The notes beneath the pieces are model-generated. The model had not been told where the DNA came from. It worked only from the letters and a program-made list of their open reading frames with translations, and ran no database searches. The position numbers and the translations under genes are program-made. 64,000 bases of DNA from Hemiscyllium ocellatum (Eukaryota). This document shows positions 37,611 to 49,357 of the stretch, one piece after another; position 1 is the first letter of the stretch, and each line of letters begins with the position of its first letter. The stretch lies in the NCBI RefSeq assembly GCF_020745735.1, contig NC_083436.1, positions 3,867,299 to 3,931,298 on the forward strand, in the 5' to 3' direction.

Positions 37611-37831
37611 AGTTAAAAATCCCACAACACCAGGTTATAGTCCAACAGGTTTATCTGGAAGCACTAGGTTTCGGAGCACTGCTCCTTGATCAGGTGGTTC
37701 ATCACAATCACCTGATGAAGGAGCGTCGCTCCGAAAGCTGGTGCTTCCAATTAAACCTGTTGGACTATAACCTGGTGTTGTGGGATTTTTAACTTTGTGC
37801 ACCCCAGTTCAACACCAGCATCTCCAAATCA
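37611..37831. mobile_element. Penelope family A asymmetric palindrome
   Basis: Arms AGTTAAAAATCCCACAACACC... / ...GGTGTTGTGGGATTTTTAACT plus a tail of about 38 nt. TSD TAAAAATAG at 37604-37612 and 37836-37844. HHR motifs on both arms, each with one core defect. Confidence 0.9.
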
Positions 37832-38719
37832 AAAGTAAAAATAGGGATTTATAGACCAAGTAGCTTGACATCGTTAGTGACTAAAATACTATAACCCATT
37901 ATAAAAGATGTAATAGCTGACCACTTGGAAAACAGTGACAGGATCGGACAGAGTTAGCATGGATTTATGGAAGAGATAATGGCTTGATAAATACACTGGG
38001 ATTTTGAAAGGATAAAGGGGAACTGGTGGTTGCTCACTTGAACTTTCAGAAGGCAATCAATAAGGTCTCACAAGAGATTAGCAGGTAAACGTAAATGCAT
38101 GGGGAAAGACTAACTAACAAACAGGAAACAAGAAGTAGAAATAAATGGATCATTTTCTGAATAGCAATGGAGTCCAGGAGGGATTGGTGCTTGGACCCCA
38201 GTTATTTATTAATGATTTAGATGAGGGAACTAACTGTAGTATCTTTAAGTTTGCAGATGGCACATGGCTGGATGGGAGGGTGAACTGAGGATAATGCAGA
38301 GACGCTTCAGTGTAATTTGAACAAGTTTGATGATTGGGTAAAAGTATGGCAGATGAAGTATAATGTGGATAAATGAGAGATTATCCACTTTGGCAGGAAA
38401 ACAGGGAAGTGGACCATTATCTGAAAAGCAAAAGATTGGCAAAAGGAGATGTAATGAGACCTGGGTGTTCTTGTACATGGTTGCTGAAAGTAAGCATGCG
38501 TGTACAACAGGTGGTGGTGAGGGCAAATTGTTTGGTGGCCTTTAGAGCAAGAGGATTCAAGTGGAGGAGCAGAAATGTCTTGTCTTACTGCAATTGCACC
38601 TGGGGCAATGTGTGCACTTTTACCTCTTTATCTGAAGAAGGGTGTTTTGGCTATGAACCGAGTGCAAAAAAGGCAGACTGATTCCTGGCCTGGCATACCT
38701 GACCAACTTAAGAAGACAC

Positions 38720-39890
38720 CAAAAGAGCATGCTTCTGGAAAAGCACAACTGGTCAGGCAGCATCCGAGGAGCTGCCAAATCGACGTTTTGAGCATAAGGC
38801 CCTCATCAGGAATAAAGCTTGTGGCCCAAAGGGGTGGAGAGATAAATGGGAGGAGAGTGAGGCTGGGGGCAAGGTAGCTGGGAATGTGGTAGGGAGATGA
38901 AGGTGGGGGGAGGGGAGAAGGTGATAGGTTGGAGCAGATAGGCAGGAAAGAAGATGGACAAGTAGGACTGTTCAAGAGGGTAATGCCAAGTTAGAAGGTT
39001 GGATCTAGGATAAGGTGGGGGGCAAGGGATATGTGGAAACTGGTGAAATCCATATTGATCCCATGTGGTTGGAGGGTCTCAAAGTGGAGGCATTCTTCCT
39101 CCAGGCGTTGGGTGTTTAGAGTTTGATGGTGGAGGAAGCCCAGGACTTGCATGTTCTTGGCGGGGTGGGAGGGGGAGTTAAAGTGTTTGGCCACAGGGTG
39201 GTGGGGTTGTTTAGTACGTGTCCCAGAGATGAAACATTCTGCAAGTTGGTGTCCTGTCTCCCCAATGCAGAGGAGACCACATTGGAAGCAGCAGACACAG
39301 TAGATTATGTGTAAATCCCTGTCAGATGTGGAAGGACCCTTTGGGACCTTGGACAGATCGAAGGGAGGAGGCGTGGGTGCAGGTTTTGCACAGCTTACGG
39401 TGGCAGGGGAAGGTGCCAAGGGTGGCATGTGGGTTGATGCGAGGGCATGGACCTAACAAGGGAGTCACCAAGGGAATGGTCTCTCTGGAACGCAGGTAGG
39501 AGTGGGGAGGGAAATATATCCCTTCTGGTGGGGTTTGCTTGTAAGTGGCGGAAATATGATGCGATGATGCTTGTAGGGGTGGAATGTGAGAACCAGAGGG
39601 GTTCTGTCCTTGTTGCGATTAGAGAGGTGGGATTCAAGGGGTAGGTGGTGGACCTATCACCTTCACCCCACCTTCATCAACTATTGCATTCCCAGCTTAC
39701 CTTTTCCCCAACCCATTCCCCCTCCTATTTATCTCTCAGCCCCCTTGGGTCACAAGATTCATTCCTGATGAAGGGCTTATGCCCGAAACATCGAGTTTCC
39801 TGCTCCTCAGATGCTGCCTGACCTGCTGTCCTTTGCCAGGAATGCACTCTCGACACTGATCTGAAGCAGCTGCAGTGTTCACTTTCTTCG
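38720..39890 (-). mobile_element. Penelope family B insertion: minus-strand GIY-YIG 3' part plus inverted terminal repeat (39650-39890)
   Basis: IIYCVCCFQCGLLCIGETGHQLAEC and RLEEECLH. Inverted terminal repeats. TSD-like ACTTA(A/T)GAAGA at 38706-38716 and 39891-39901. Confidence 0.88.
39761..39796 (+). ncRNA. Minimal hammerhead ribozyme motif (family B), core intact
   Basis: AUUC-CUGAUGA-A-GGGC-UUAU-GCCC-GAAA-C-AUC-GAGU. Stem I AUUC/GAGU has one GU pair. The triplet is AUC, where other copies have GUC. Confidence 0.75.
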
Positions 39891-40340
39891 ACTTATGAAG
39901 AGAGATTAGATCAGTTCAGACTATATTCACTGGAGTGAAGAAGAATGATGGGCAACTTATTTCAATTCTGTAAAACTCTAATGGGACTAGACCTCAGAAA
40001 CCTGGAAAACCCTCACAGGATTAGAAGGGATAAACACAGGAAGGATGTTCCTAATGAATGGACAATCCAAAACCAGGGATCTCAGTGTAAAAATATGGAG
40101 CAGGCCATTTAGGAACAATAGAAGAAGAAATTTCTTCACCCAGAGATGAGTAGTCCTGTGAAAGTCTCTGCCATAGGGGATTTGGGTGAAAGCAGGACCA
40201 AAGCACTGATTAGGATTATCAGCCATGATTATACTGAATAGGTGAGTGGAATCAAAGAGCCAAATAGCCTACTCCTAATCCTATTTTCTATGTATCGATG
40301 TTGGGACTGCCATTCATCACGTGCCACACACTGAATTAGT

Positions 40341-40637
40341 GGGGTGGCATGGTGGATCAGTGCTGCTGTCTCACAGCGCCAGAGATCAGGGTTCAATTCC
40401 TGCCTCAGGCAACTGTCTGTGCGGAGTTTGCATATTCTCCCAGTGTCTGAATGGGTTTCCTCCCACAACCCAAAGATGTACAGGTTAGGTGAATTAGCCA
40501 TGCTAAGTTGCCCATAGTGTTAGGTGCATTAGTCAGGGGTAAATGTAGGGGAATAGGTCTGGATGGGTTACTCTTCGGAGGATCGGTGTAGATTTCTTCC
40601 ACCAAATAGCCTATTTCCACACTGTAGGGAATCTAGT
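40341..40637 (+). mobile_element. Older HE1-related SINE
   Basis: Decayed tRNA head, B-box GGTTCAATTCC, V-domain and ATTTCCACACTGTAGGGAATCT end. Confidence 0.85.
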
Positions 40638-42010
40638 CTTTGTCTGGGTTCGACATGTGCAGCAAAATGGCTTCTGAAATTGCTGGTGTATTAGGACCCA
40701 ACAGACTGCCTGGTCTGAACTGTGTTCTCCAGAGGGTCCATTAAAAGCAAGACCTTCTCCATCATGATTGTATTTATAATGAGGTACTTCATTTGTAACC
40801 TTTTGTATTGGGTCTTTCTCTCTGCTATGCTTCTTTGTGTGGTTATCCCCTTCTCTTTCTGATCAAGAAGAATTTCATAAGCATCATGATCGATTTGATT
40901 TATGGCTTCCTCATGTGACTTCAGGTTTTGCACAGGATGTTCCTCTCTACACATCACTAGCTTTATGTTTCACCTGTAGTACTATGATGTAACAGAGGAC
41001 ATCTTCTGTACCCTACAGACTTGGGCTGCACTGTCATGTGACCTGATGTCACTGTAACATAGCTCCTCATGCCCTTGCTCAATAGCAGTTCACACAGTAA
41101 AATCACTATCATCTGCAGAAGTCAGCAAAAGGGAGAGGGGAGAACAGGGAAGAGGGAGGACGAGGATTGAAGGGAGGAGAGTTTAGGAAAGAACGGCCCA
41201 GGTTGAGTTTTCAGTTTTTCAGAATGCAATGCCCACCTGCCCAATTTGGGAATTAAAATTTCTCCTTTCCTTGGGAATTTGTTTGCTGGAAACTCCTGAG
41301 GGGCCTATTTAGCAGCACTGTCCTGTCTGTGTTCAATCAGGCCAGCCTTATCTACATGGCTTGGAGATAACAGATGTATGCATTGGAACTGGAAAAACCG
41401 GCAAAACATCAGAGTTTTCTCGAGACTTAACAGGTTAGAAAAAATTGTTAAAAGAGTAGTTCCAGAGAAGGAAAGGATTGTCTAAAAAATTATGGGAACC
41501 TTGTTTAAATGCATGATATACAAGAGATAGGCTCGCTCAAAAGGACACGTCATAAAAGCATAGAAACTCGGAGCAGGAGTAGTCCATACAGCCTTTCAAT
41601 CTTGCTTCACCATTCAATACGACCGTGCTTGATTTTCTGTTTCAATGTAATTTCCCACTTTCTCCCCCACCATATGCTTTGGTGCCTTTAAAATCTACCT
41701 GCCTTGAATATATTCAGTGACTTGACTTTCATAGCCTTTTGCAGTCCGGAATTCCATAGGTTAATTATACGCTGACTCAAGAAACATTTTCTCATCTCAG
41801 TTCTAAATGATCTATCCCCTTTCATGAAATTGCTACCTGGTTCTAGACTGCCCAATAGGGATAATATGCTCCTTGCATCTGTTCTGTCCATCCCTGTTCG
41901 AGTTTTAGACATTTCAATCAGATCTCTGCTCATCTCTAAATTCTAGTGAATGGTGGCCCAGTTGAAACAATCTCTCCTTTGAAAGACAATCCTGACACTC
42001 CCCAGTATTG

Positions 42011-42122
42011 AAACCAAAAGAGAAAATGCTGGAAAATCTCAGCAGGTCTGGCAGCATCTGTAAGGGGAGAAAAGAGCTGACGTTTCGATTCTAACTGACC
42101 CTTTGTCAAAGCTGCTTTTATC
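42011..42122 (-). mobile_element. Penelope family D short insertion consisting almost only of an HHR and downstream terminal repeat
   Basis: Perfect 11-bp TSD CCCCAGTATTG at 42000-42010 and 42123-42133. The GATGCTGCCAGACCTGCTGAG.TTTTCCAGCA block is shared with family B. Confidence 0.85.
42075..42113 (-). ncRNA. Minimal hammerhead ribozyme motif with U3/A8 core variant
   Basis: AGCU-UUGACAA-A-GGGUC-AGUUA-GAAUC-GAAA-C-GUC-AGCU: 4-bp stem I, stem II with one mismatch, palindromic ACGU stem III, GUC site. Confidence 0.7.
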
Positions 42123-42559
42123 CCCCAGTATTGGTCTAGCAGATCTCCACTCTCTATAGGAAGCATATCATTTCTGAGATACGGAGACCAAAACTGCACG
42201 CAGTGATCCAGCCGTTGTTTCTCAAATGCAGTACGATATTCCTACTTCTGAGCTCAAATCCTCTTGCGATGAATGCCCATGTACTATCTGCTTTCGTAAT
42301 TGTTTGTTGCACTGTCTGTCTTTCAATGACTAGTGCACGAGTCATTAGATTTCTTTGTAAATCCATGCTTTCCAATAAATCACCATTTAAATAACACTCC
42401 TTCTTTCTGTTTTTCACAAAGTATGTAATTTCACGTTTAGTCACGTCATACATTATCTGTCATGTGTTTGTCCACTCACTCAACTTGTCAAAATCATCTT
42501 GAAGTGTTATCTCCTCCTGGCAACTCAATCCTGCTCAGCTTTGTCAAGAATTCTTGGGC

Positions 42560-43090
42560 TCTCAAGACCAAGCAGAAGAGATTTATCATAATAGTTCCAG
42601 GGCTGCACGTTTATAATTGGGAGTTTAAGATTGGAGAAGTGGGGAATATTCCCTTGGAAGCAAAAGAGACAGCAGAGAGATTTGATTGAGATGTACAGGG
42701 CGATTGCCGTATCTACAGAATCAGCTTCCACGGTTTCAGTTATCCGAGGTTTGCTGTGGCCGGAAAATATTACATGGAAAATTCCAGGAGCAGGAACCAG
42801 GGGGCTTCCATTTAAATGAATAGGTTTGCTACTGTCCACTGTTTCAGGCATCATGGTAGGTCTTGGAAGGTATATCCGCAGATAAGGGGAGACACCTGAA
42901 CAAGATTGTGACAGCTTTGGATTGAGTAGAAAGGAAAATCTGTTTCTCTTAGCTTATGCTACAAGGTATAGGGGTCAAAGATTTAAGATTTTGGGCAAGA
43001 GATTCAGGGGAACTGTAAAAACGTTTTTATAATATAGCAAGTGGCAATGACTTGGAAAACCCTGTCCGTGATAAGGGTTGTGGAAATGTA
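42560..43090 (+). mobile_element. Very old CR1 3' fragment hosting a MITE
   Basis: QKRFIIIVPGL, KQKRQQRDLIEMY|KIV. Confidence 0.6.
42696..42898. mobile_element. Tigger-like MITE
   Basis: CAGG...CCTG termini with decayed TIRs, inserted at the TA of the CR1 sequence GAGATGTA|CAAGATT. The right TSD reads AA. Confidence 0.6.
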
Positions 43091-43127
43091 AATGAATTGC
43101 ATGGCCTACAGGGATCAAGCAGTAGAA

Positions 43128-43750
43128 TGAGAGTGGAGGAGATGCGGTGGAGGGCATCGTCGATCACATCTGGGGGGAAATTGTGGTCTTTGAAGAAGGA
43201 GGCCATCTGGGTTGTATGGTATTGGAACTGGCCCACCTGGGAGCAGATGCGGCAGAGTCGAAGGAATTGGGAATATGGGATGGCATTTTTACAGGGGGCA
43301 GGGTGGGAGGAGGTGTAGTCTAGGTAGCTGTGGGAGTCGGTCGGTTTATAGTAAATGTCCGTGTCAATTCGGTCGCCTGAGATAGAAATGTAAAGGTCTA
43401 GGAAGGGGAGGGAGGAGTCTGAGACAGTCAAGGTAAATTTGAGGTCGGGGTGGAAGGTGTTAGTAAAGTGGATTAACTGTTCAACCTCCTCGTGGGAGCA
43501 CGAGGCAGCGCCAATACAGTCATCGATGTAGCGGAGGAAAAGGTGGGAGGTGGTGCCAGTGTAGCTGCGGAAGATGGACTGTTCCACATATCCTACAAAG
43601 AGGCAGGCATAGCTGGGGCCCATGAGGGTGCCCATGGTTACTCCTTTGGTTTAGAGGAAGTGGGAGGATTAGAAAGAGAAGTTGTTCAGGATGAGTACCA
43701 GTTCAATCAGTCGAAGGAGGGTGTCAGTGGAAGGGTACTGGTTGGTATGG
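43128..43750 (-). mobile_element. Penelope family B reverse transcriptase fragment
   Basis: MGTLMGPSYACLFVGYVEQ...FLRYIDDCIG...LPFLDL...YYKPTDSHSYLDYTSSHP...IPYSQFLRL, homologous to 55480-56090. Confidence 0.92.
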
Positions 43751-43751
43751 C

Positions 43752-43895
43752 CTGTAAGTTAGGTGCATTAGTCAGGGGTAAATACAGGATGAGAGGGTAG
43801 GGGAATGGAACTGGGTGGGTTACTCTTCAGAGGATCGATGTGGACTTGTTGGGTCAAAGGGCCTGTTTCCACAGTGTAGGGATTCTAAATTCTAA
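43752..43895 (+). mobile_element. HE1-related SINE 3' half
   Basis: GTTAGGTGCATTAGTCAGGGGTAAAT...GGGCCTGTTTCCACAGTGTAGGGATTCTA. Confidence 0.8.
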
Positions 43896-44811
43896 GTTAA
43901 ACACACTTCTTAGAGTCTAATGCCATGCTTGATAATGTTCTCTCAAGATTCCCTCCAACTTGCCACATCTATTTCCACTTTCAAAATCCTCTTTCATTAC
44001 TCACCTATTCTGCTGGTTTCCTTCCTGCTTAGCATCTGCTAATGTTTCTCTTCCATGGGAAACATAATTAAAATGCAGCATGTCCTTGAATCTTTAAGTA
44101 ATTCTAACCCCAGGCTCCACCAATGCCACAGCTTAACTGGCACATCAAATTATTTGAGACGTGATTAACAGGCAGGCATCTTTAATTTTCTACATTTATA
44201 TGGTTAACTTCCATTTTTTTCACAGAAACAAAACATCTTTTTCCCTGCTGTCTGTTTCCATATCTGAATGTATCACCTTGACAACTTTGTTAAGATGAGA
44301 AAATCATGTCATGAATCCTAGCCACTCCATCACCACATATTAAATAAATCAAACGGTGGCCCAGTGCACGATCGTCCTTATCAAAGCAGAGCCAAAAGGT
44401 CACCATCTAAAATCATAACATATATTTTCAGTTAAAAATATTAAATTGATGCCATACCTTTCATAGCATTTTGAACAAATATTCTGAAATAAATTAGTTT
44501 GTTCTTTAAAAACTGTGCAGATAAACATTAGGTAATAAATGGGAGGGAAAGAAAGTCAAATGGATCACTGAAACCTGACTTCTTAAACTCTCCACTATCT
44601 TCACCATTTTTTCCCCCCACTGTGATTCAATACGCGCTCCATAAAGGACAAACATGCTGAATATCAGCAACAGATTTTTGGGGTATATTTGAGAGCTATG
44701 TCACTGCTGTGTATATGTACGTGTCTATGATGTTTTTGATACTCCAAACAGGCAAAGGATTTCCCTTCCATGCTGAAATGGATTAGCTTTCCTGAGCACG
44801 AACCTTTCAAC

Positions 44812-45815
44812 TAATGATGGCGGCAGCATAGGTGGGCTGTGCCAGGGGTCATCTGCTCCCATTTGTTGCTTTCTTTTTCAGTTTGCTTCTGCTTTTTTTC
44901 TTTCTTTTGTTTATTTATTTCTCCTTTTTTGTTTTTAATTTTTTCGATGGCAGGTTGGTCGGCAACATCAACATGGTAGCAAGAGCAGGCTGCGTGCAGA
45001 GTGCTGGATGCGGCTTCTTTCAGCGACTGGAGACAGTGGCAGCAAGGACATCCAGCTGCCATTTTGGACCGGCGGCAGTGGTAACAGAGCTCCTCCAATG
45101 ATTGGGGGCAGCAGTGGTGGTGGCTGCAGCCTCTGAAAGATGGCGGTGCCAACAAGGCAACGTCTGCAGCTGAAGTAGGACTCTTAGTGCAGCAGCCTGA
45201 CCTGGCAGTGGAGCTAGGGACTCCTGGTTGCAGTGGGCCCAGAGCAGGGAGTCCTCGCACAGGTATGGCAGCGGCGGCAGTATGTTCTGCCCAGAGCAGG
45301 GATGTCTGACATCATCAAGGCAGCAGTGGAGCCAGGGACTTCCAGTTACAGTCAATGTAGGCCCAGAGCAAGGGCTTTGGTAATCGGCAAGGTAGCAGCA
45401 GCAGTGGAGCTGGGGACTCCTAGGTGCATGGCGAGTGTGGGTTCAATAGAGTCAGCAAGGTGGGCCCAGTAGCAAAGAGTGTGGTGACTCCAACATTGGT
45501 GAGTCCGGTACAGGTAGTGCCAAGGCAGAAGTGATTGCTCTTTCAGCCAGTGAAGGCTAGGTGCCATTATGCACTCGGTTGGAAAGACTGTCATTCTGAA
45601 ACTTTTATCTCTTTATTTTTCTAATTTATTCATATGATATGTAACATTAGAATTTTTATTTCTTTATTTTCTATGCTTTTCCCCTTAAGAATTTGTTCTT
45701 AAGAATCTGTACTAGGTACCTTTGTCCCTAAGAAAGCACAGAATGTGGTGAGTTGTAAACTTTGCACTGTACTCATTTAAGAATGCATGACAATAAAGCT
45801 AATTTAGTTCAATTC
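44812..45815 (+). mobile_element. Unclassified non-coding element of about 1 kb with internal repeats and a Rex/Babar-like tail (copy 2)
   Basis: Starts GATGGCGGC, has a GC-rich body with three GCAGTGGAGC..GGGACT repeats, and ends GCACTGTACTC...CATGACAATAAA. The 3' part is homologous to 14020-14275. Confidence 0.55.
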
Positions 45816-45889
45816 ATTAGTATAAAAACATATTTGACAAATGTAACATATCACTGCAAGTATGATTGTCTCAAATAATTTTAACCACA

Positions 45890-46030
45890 GTCATCATCGT
45901 AAACAATGGTAGCCATCGCAAAGACTGGTTAATGAGCAATAGTGATGATTCTAAACAATTGATCACTGTAATCAAACAATGATCACTATAAACAATTGTG
46001 ACCACTGTAAACAAAGTGTTCACTCCAAAC
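45890..46030. repeat. Degenerate short tandem repeat (unit about 18-20 bp, TCACTGTAAACAAT)
   Basis: Five to six imperfect copies of (A)TCACT.TAAACAAT. Confidence 0.6.
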
Positions 46031-47279
46031 AGCAGTGCTGGCATAATACACCTCGTTGGAACTTCATAACAAAGCTTTACCTCAGAAAGCAGTCACATTT
46101 ACATGATTCCATGGCACCAACTCGCAGGCCTCTTATCTGGTTTGTGGAATGCTGTGGCAAATCAGTCATCACATATCCTACATTACAAAATTTTACAATT
46201 CAAAAATACTTCAGCTGTAACAAACATTAAAAATGACTAATGATTCTCACAGGCCGTACTTAGATGCAAGTCAGTCTTTTTTCCTGATTGTGCTCCTTCT
46301 GTATTTTTTAAAATTAGTGTCCAAATAAGTTTGTTGAGAAACTCAATTGCAGAGGACAAGGAATATTCTCAGAATCTTCATCTCCATGTAGCCCAGGTTG
46401 AAAACAAGACATCAAGTTATGGGATAAAACTAATGATCATGTCAAACAGAAATGTTACAATGAAAATTGTCTCAGGTGTCCAATACCAGAAAATACATTT
46501 ACAAAATAAACAGCAATCCACAATAAAATATAAGGCCCCTTATGTGACTTGTGCAGTGTGTGCGCTATGCAGCTGAATCTAAGATTCCAAAATATTGAAA
46601 ACTATTCCATTTAAGGCTTGTCACATTATACGAGTATTGCTAAACAATTTGAAGATTTAAGTCGGGCTAGACCATACAAAGAATGAATATTTGGACTGAA
46701 ACAAAACATGTTTGAATGATTAGTCTTCTAAAAGTGCATTTTAAAGTATTACATTTTCTAACATTTTACACAAACTACAACAGGTCAATTAATCAAATCA
46801 TTAAAGAATCTGTTTTAACATGAACTTTATTGAGGGAGATATTTTATAATTTTGGTCAGAATTATGCAGCACCAAGTTAATTTGAGTTTAATCTACTGTG
46901 TAAGTCTGTTGAACAAGCCGAAGCAATCCCCTCGGTCCTTGCCACATACTGTTTCCTCACCATTGACATCATGCTGCTCTATCAACATATAAATATAACA
47001 AATTAGATCATAAGTAGGCCATTTGGTCCCTCAAGCCTGACAATCATTCAAAAGAATCATGTTTGATCGTTCAACTCAACTGCACCTTCCTGAACTATCC
47101 TCGTATCCTTTGATTCCTTTAGTATCCAAAAATAAATCCACTTCTGAATTAGGAAGCAATAACAGGTCTTTGGTGTAGAGAATTCAAAAGGTTTGCAATC
47201 CTTTGAGTGATTTATCATCTTAGTCCTCAGTTTCAGTCCTGCCCATTGTCTGACATTGAACTGCAGTGTTTGTAACCAT

Positions 47280-47832
47280 AGCACATGACTCCAACCAGAA
47301 CTACATTTCCAACTCCATATCCATAATCTCCAAATCCATTACATCAATCCTTATAGCTCATTTCCTGTTGACATCATTTAGATCTACACTTAACTTTTAC
47401 ACCAGGTTCTATTCACCTATCATTCCTGCCCTCACTGAAATGCACTGCCACCTATCACAGAATTCCCATCCAACTTCCCAAACTCCTTACTTCCACTACT
47501 CTCACTATTGCTGTAACCTCTGAGTCCTCTAACCTTTTGAGATCTCCTGCATTTTGCAATTCTCTTAGGTACCCACATTTTTAGTCACTCAGTGCTTTGT
47601 GCTTTCAGCTACCTAGCCTTAAGTTCTGCCATAAAAACAGAAATTGCTCTACAACTGTCTCTTTAAATTATTAGGTCCTCATTTCATCTTTTAAAACTGA
47701 CCTCTCTCTGACCAAAATTTTAGTTTCTTGTCTTTGTTTCTCCGATGTATGCTGTCAAATTTTGTTTGACAACAGCCTTGTGAAGCTCTGCAATGCTTTA
47801 TGACCCAAAGATTACAAATAAATACATGCTGT
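47280..47832 (+). mobile_element. Old L2-like 3' fragment
   Basis: TTTAAAACTGACCTCTCTCTGACCAAAATTTT...CTTGTGAAGC...ATAAATACATGCTGT, matching the reverse complement of 27470-27600. Confidence 0.5.
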
Positions 47833-48299
47833 CATTGCTACTCCGCTTCAGGTATTGTGATCTCATCTCATTTTAGCATTGAAGTTGACATTTATACTTT
47901 CATTTTCACTACCTAAAGACATTAAAACATGTGTATGGTTGGCTGGTTCTAATAAGCCATATTGCTACACGGGTAGACAGAGTTTTCAATTAAATAGTAA
48001 AGCAAGAGATTACATTTCGGAAGTTATGGGAAGTCAAATAGTAAAGTCAAAGCCATAGGGAAACATATTAATATGGAAAATGATAGACAGATCATGAAAA
48101 AATGGCATAGAGAGTGTAAATCTAACATAAGGCATGATAATAACTAAAAGGATAAGGCTCTATACTAATACTTCTCACTGTATTTTTTGTTTGTAAAAAT
48201 ACAAGTGACAACAAATTACTATACTAAATGCAAAAAAACATGTTTGTGGGGGTGGTGTACAGGCCCTCAAACAATAACCATAAGGTAGGACAGAATTTA

Positions 48300-49200
48300 A
48301 AGTAAATATTATTTGGGATGGTTTCTATGAACAGCCTATTCTGGAACCAACCAGCAAGCAGGCTATATTAGACCTGATACTGTGCACTCAGATGAGCTAT
48401 GTTTAATTAGTAACTTCTAAGTGAAGGTGCCTCTTGGTGGCAGCAATCATAATATAGTATAATCTTATATTAATTTTGAGGGATGGAGGAGTAGGTCTAA
48501 GGCTAGTGTTTTAAACTTAAATAAAAACAACTATGAAGGTATAAAAGCATAGCTAGCAAGAATGAATTGGCAAATTAGAATAAGGCATAGGTCAATAAAG
48601 TTTTAGTGGCAGACATTAAAGGGAATAGTTTAGAATTCACAGAAAAGATCCAGTTCAACAAAAAGCATAATTTCTAACTGCACCATTCTTGATCAATTTA
48701 AAAGTTTAAAGATAATATCAAACCTAAAGAAAAAAATGTTGACTTGTGCAAAGAAGAGTAGCAGGTCAGAAGATTCAACAGTGCCAAGAGAACAGCAAAG
48801 AGTGAATAAAATATTTAATGAGGTGAAAATTAGAGTGCACAAAAATGATAGCTGGAAATATAAAAACTAAAGATGTGAAAAAAGAAATAACGTAATAAAC
48901 TAAGCATCAGTTCTATATAAAATAAGTCTGCTGAATTAAAAAAGGAAAATAAGGACATAACAGATAAGTTGATCAGGTATTTTGCATCAATCTTCACAAT
49001 AAAGAATACAAGTAATGTCCCAGAAATAGTTGTGCAACAGGGGCTAAAAGGGAGGGAGGAGCTAAAAGAAATTACTACCATTTAGACTTGAAGAAGGTGC
49101 CATTAGATTGGAAAATAGTGAATATAACTCCTTTATTGAAACAGAAAGCAGAAAATCAGAGGCCAGTTAGATTAACATAAGTCATGGAGAAGAAGTTTGA
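48300..49200 (+). mobile_element. Very degenerate CR1 ORF2 internal fragment
   Basis: EPTSKQAILDL, YFASIFT and DWKIVNITPL remnants. Confidence 0.6.
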
Positions 49201-49357
49201 AACTACCACTGACTACTAAGTGTTTGATTTTAAAAGATTTATAAGTTAATTTGCTTTATTTGTAAATCTATAAATCTATAATAGTGAGTAGGGTGAGTTT
49301 GTTTTTAACATGTTTTACTCAAATCTGTCTCTGTTAAATGTTTAACATAAAATATAG

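Larger units (their letters stand above)
37380..40290 (+). mobile_element. Degenerate CR1 ORF2 and 3' UTR, interrupted by two Penelope insertions
   Basis: KFPGPINLPPRVFKEV, NVTPLFKRGG, QHGF and KFADGT remnants. Sequence continuity holds across both inserts. Confidence 0.8.
41550..42545 (-). mobile_element. Old CR1 3' fragment
   Basis: MQFWSPYLRND, RTEMRKCFLSQRIINLWNS. Confidence 0.8.

Noticed and set aside
40691-40957. Possible Harbinger transposase remnant
   Set aside because: No convincing DDE motif could be read.
44811-45594. Several 80-150 aa ORFs in a GC-rich patch
   Set aside because: No recognisable domain or splice structure. They are explained by the GC-rich repeat.
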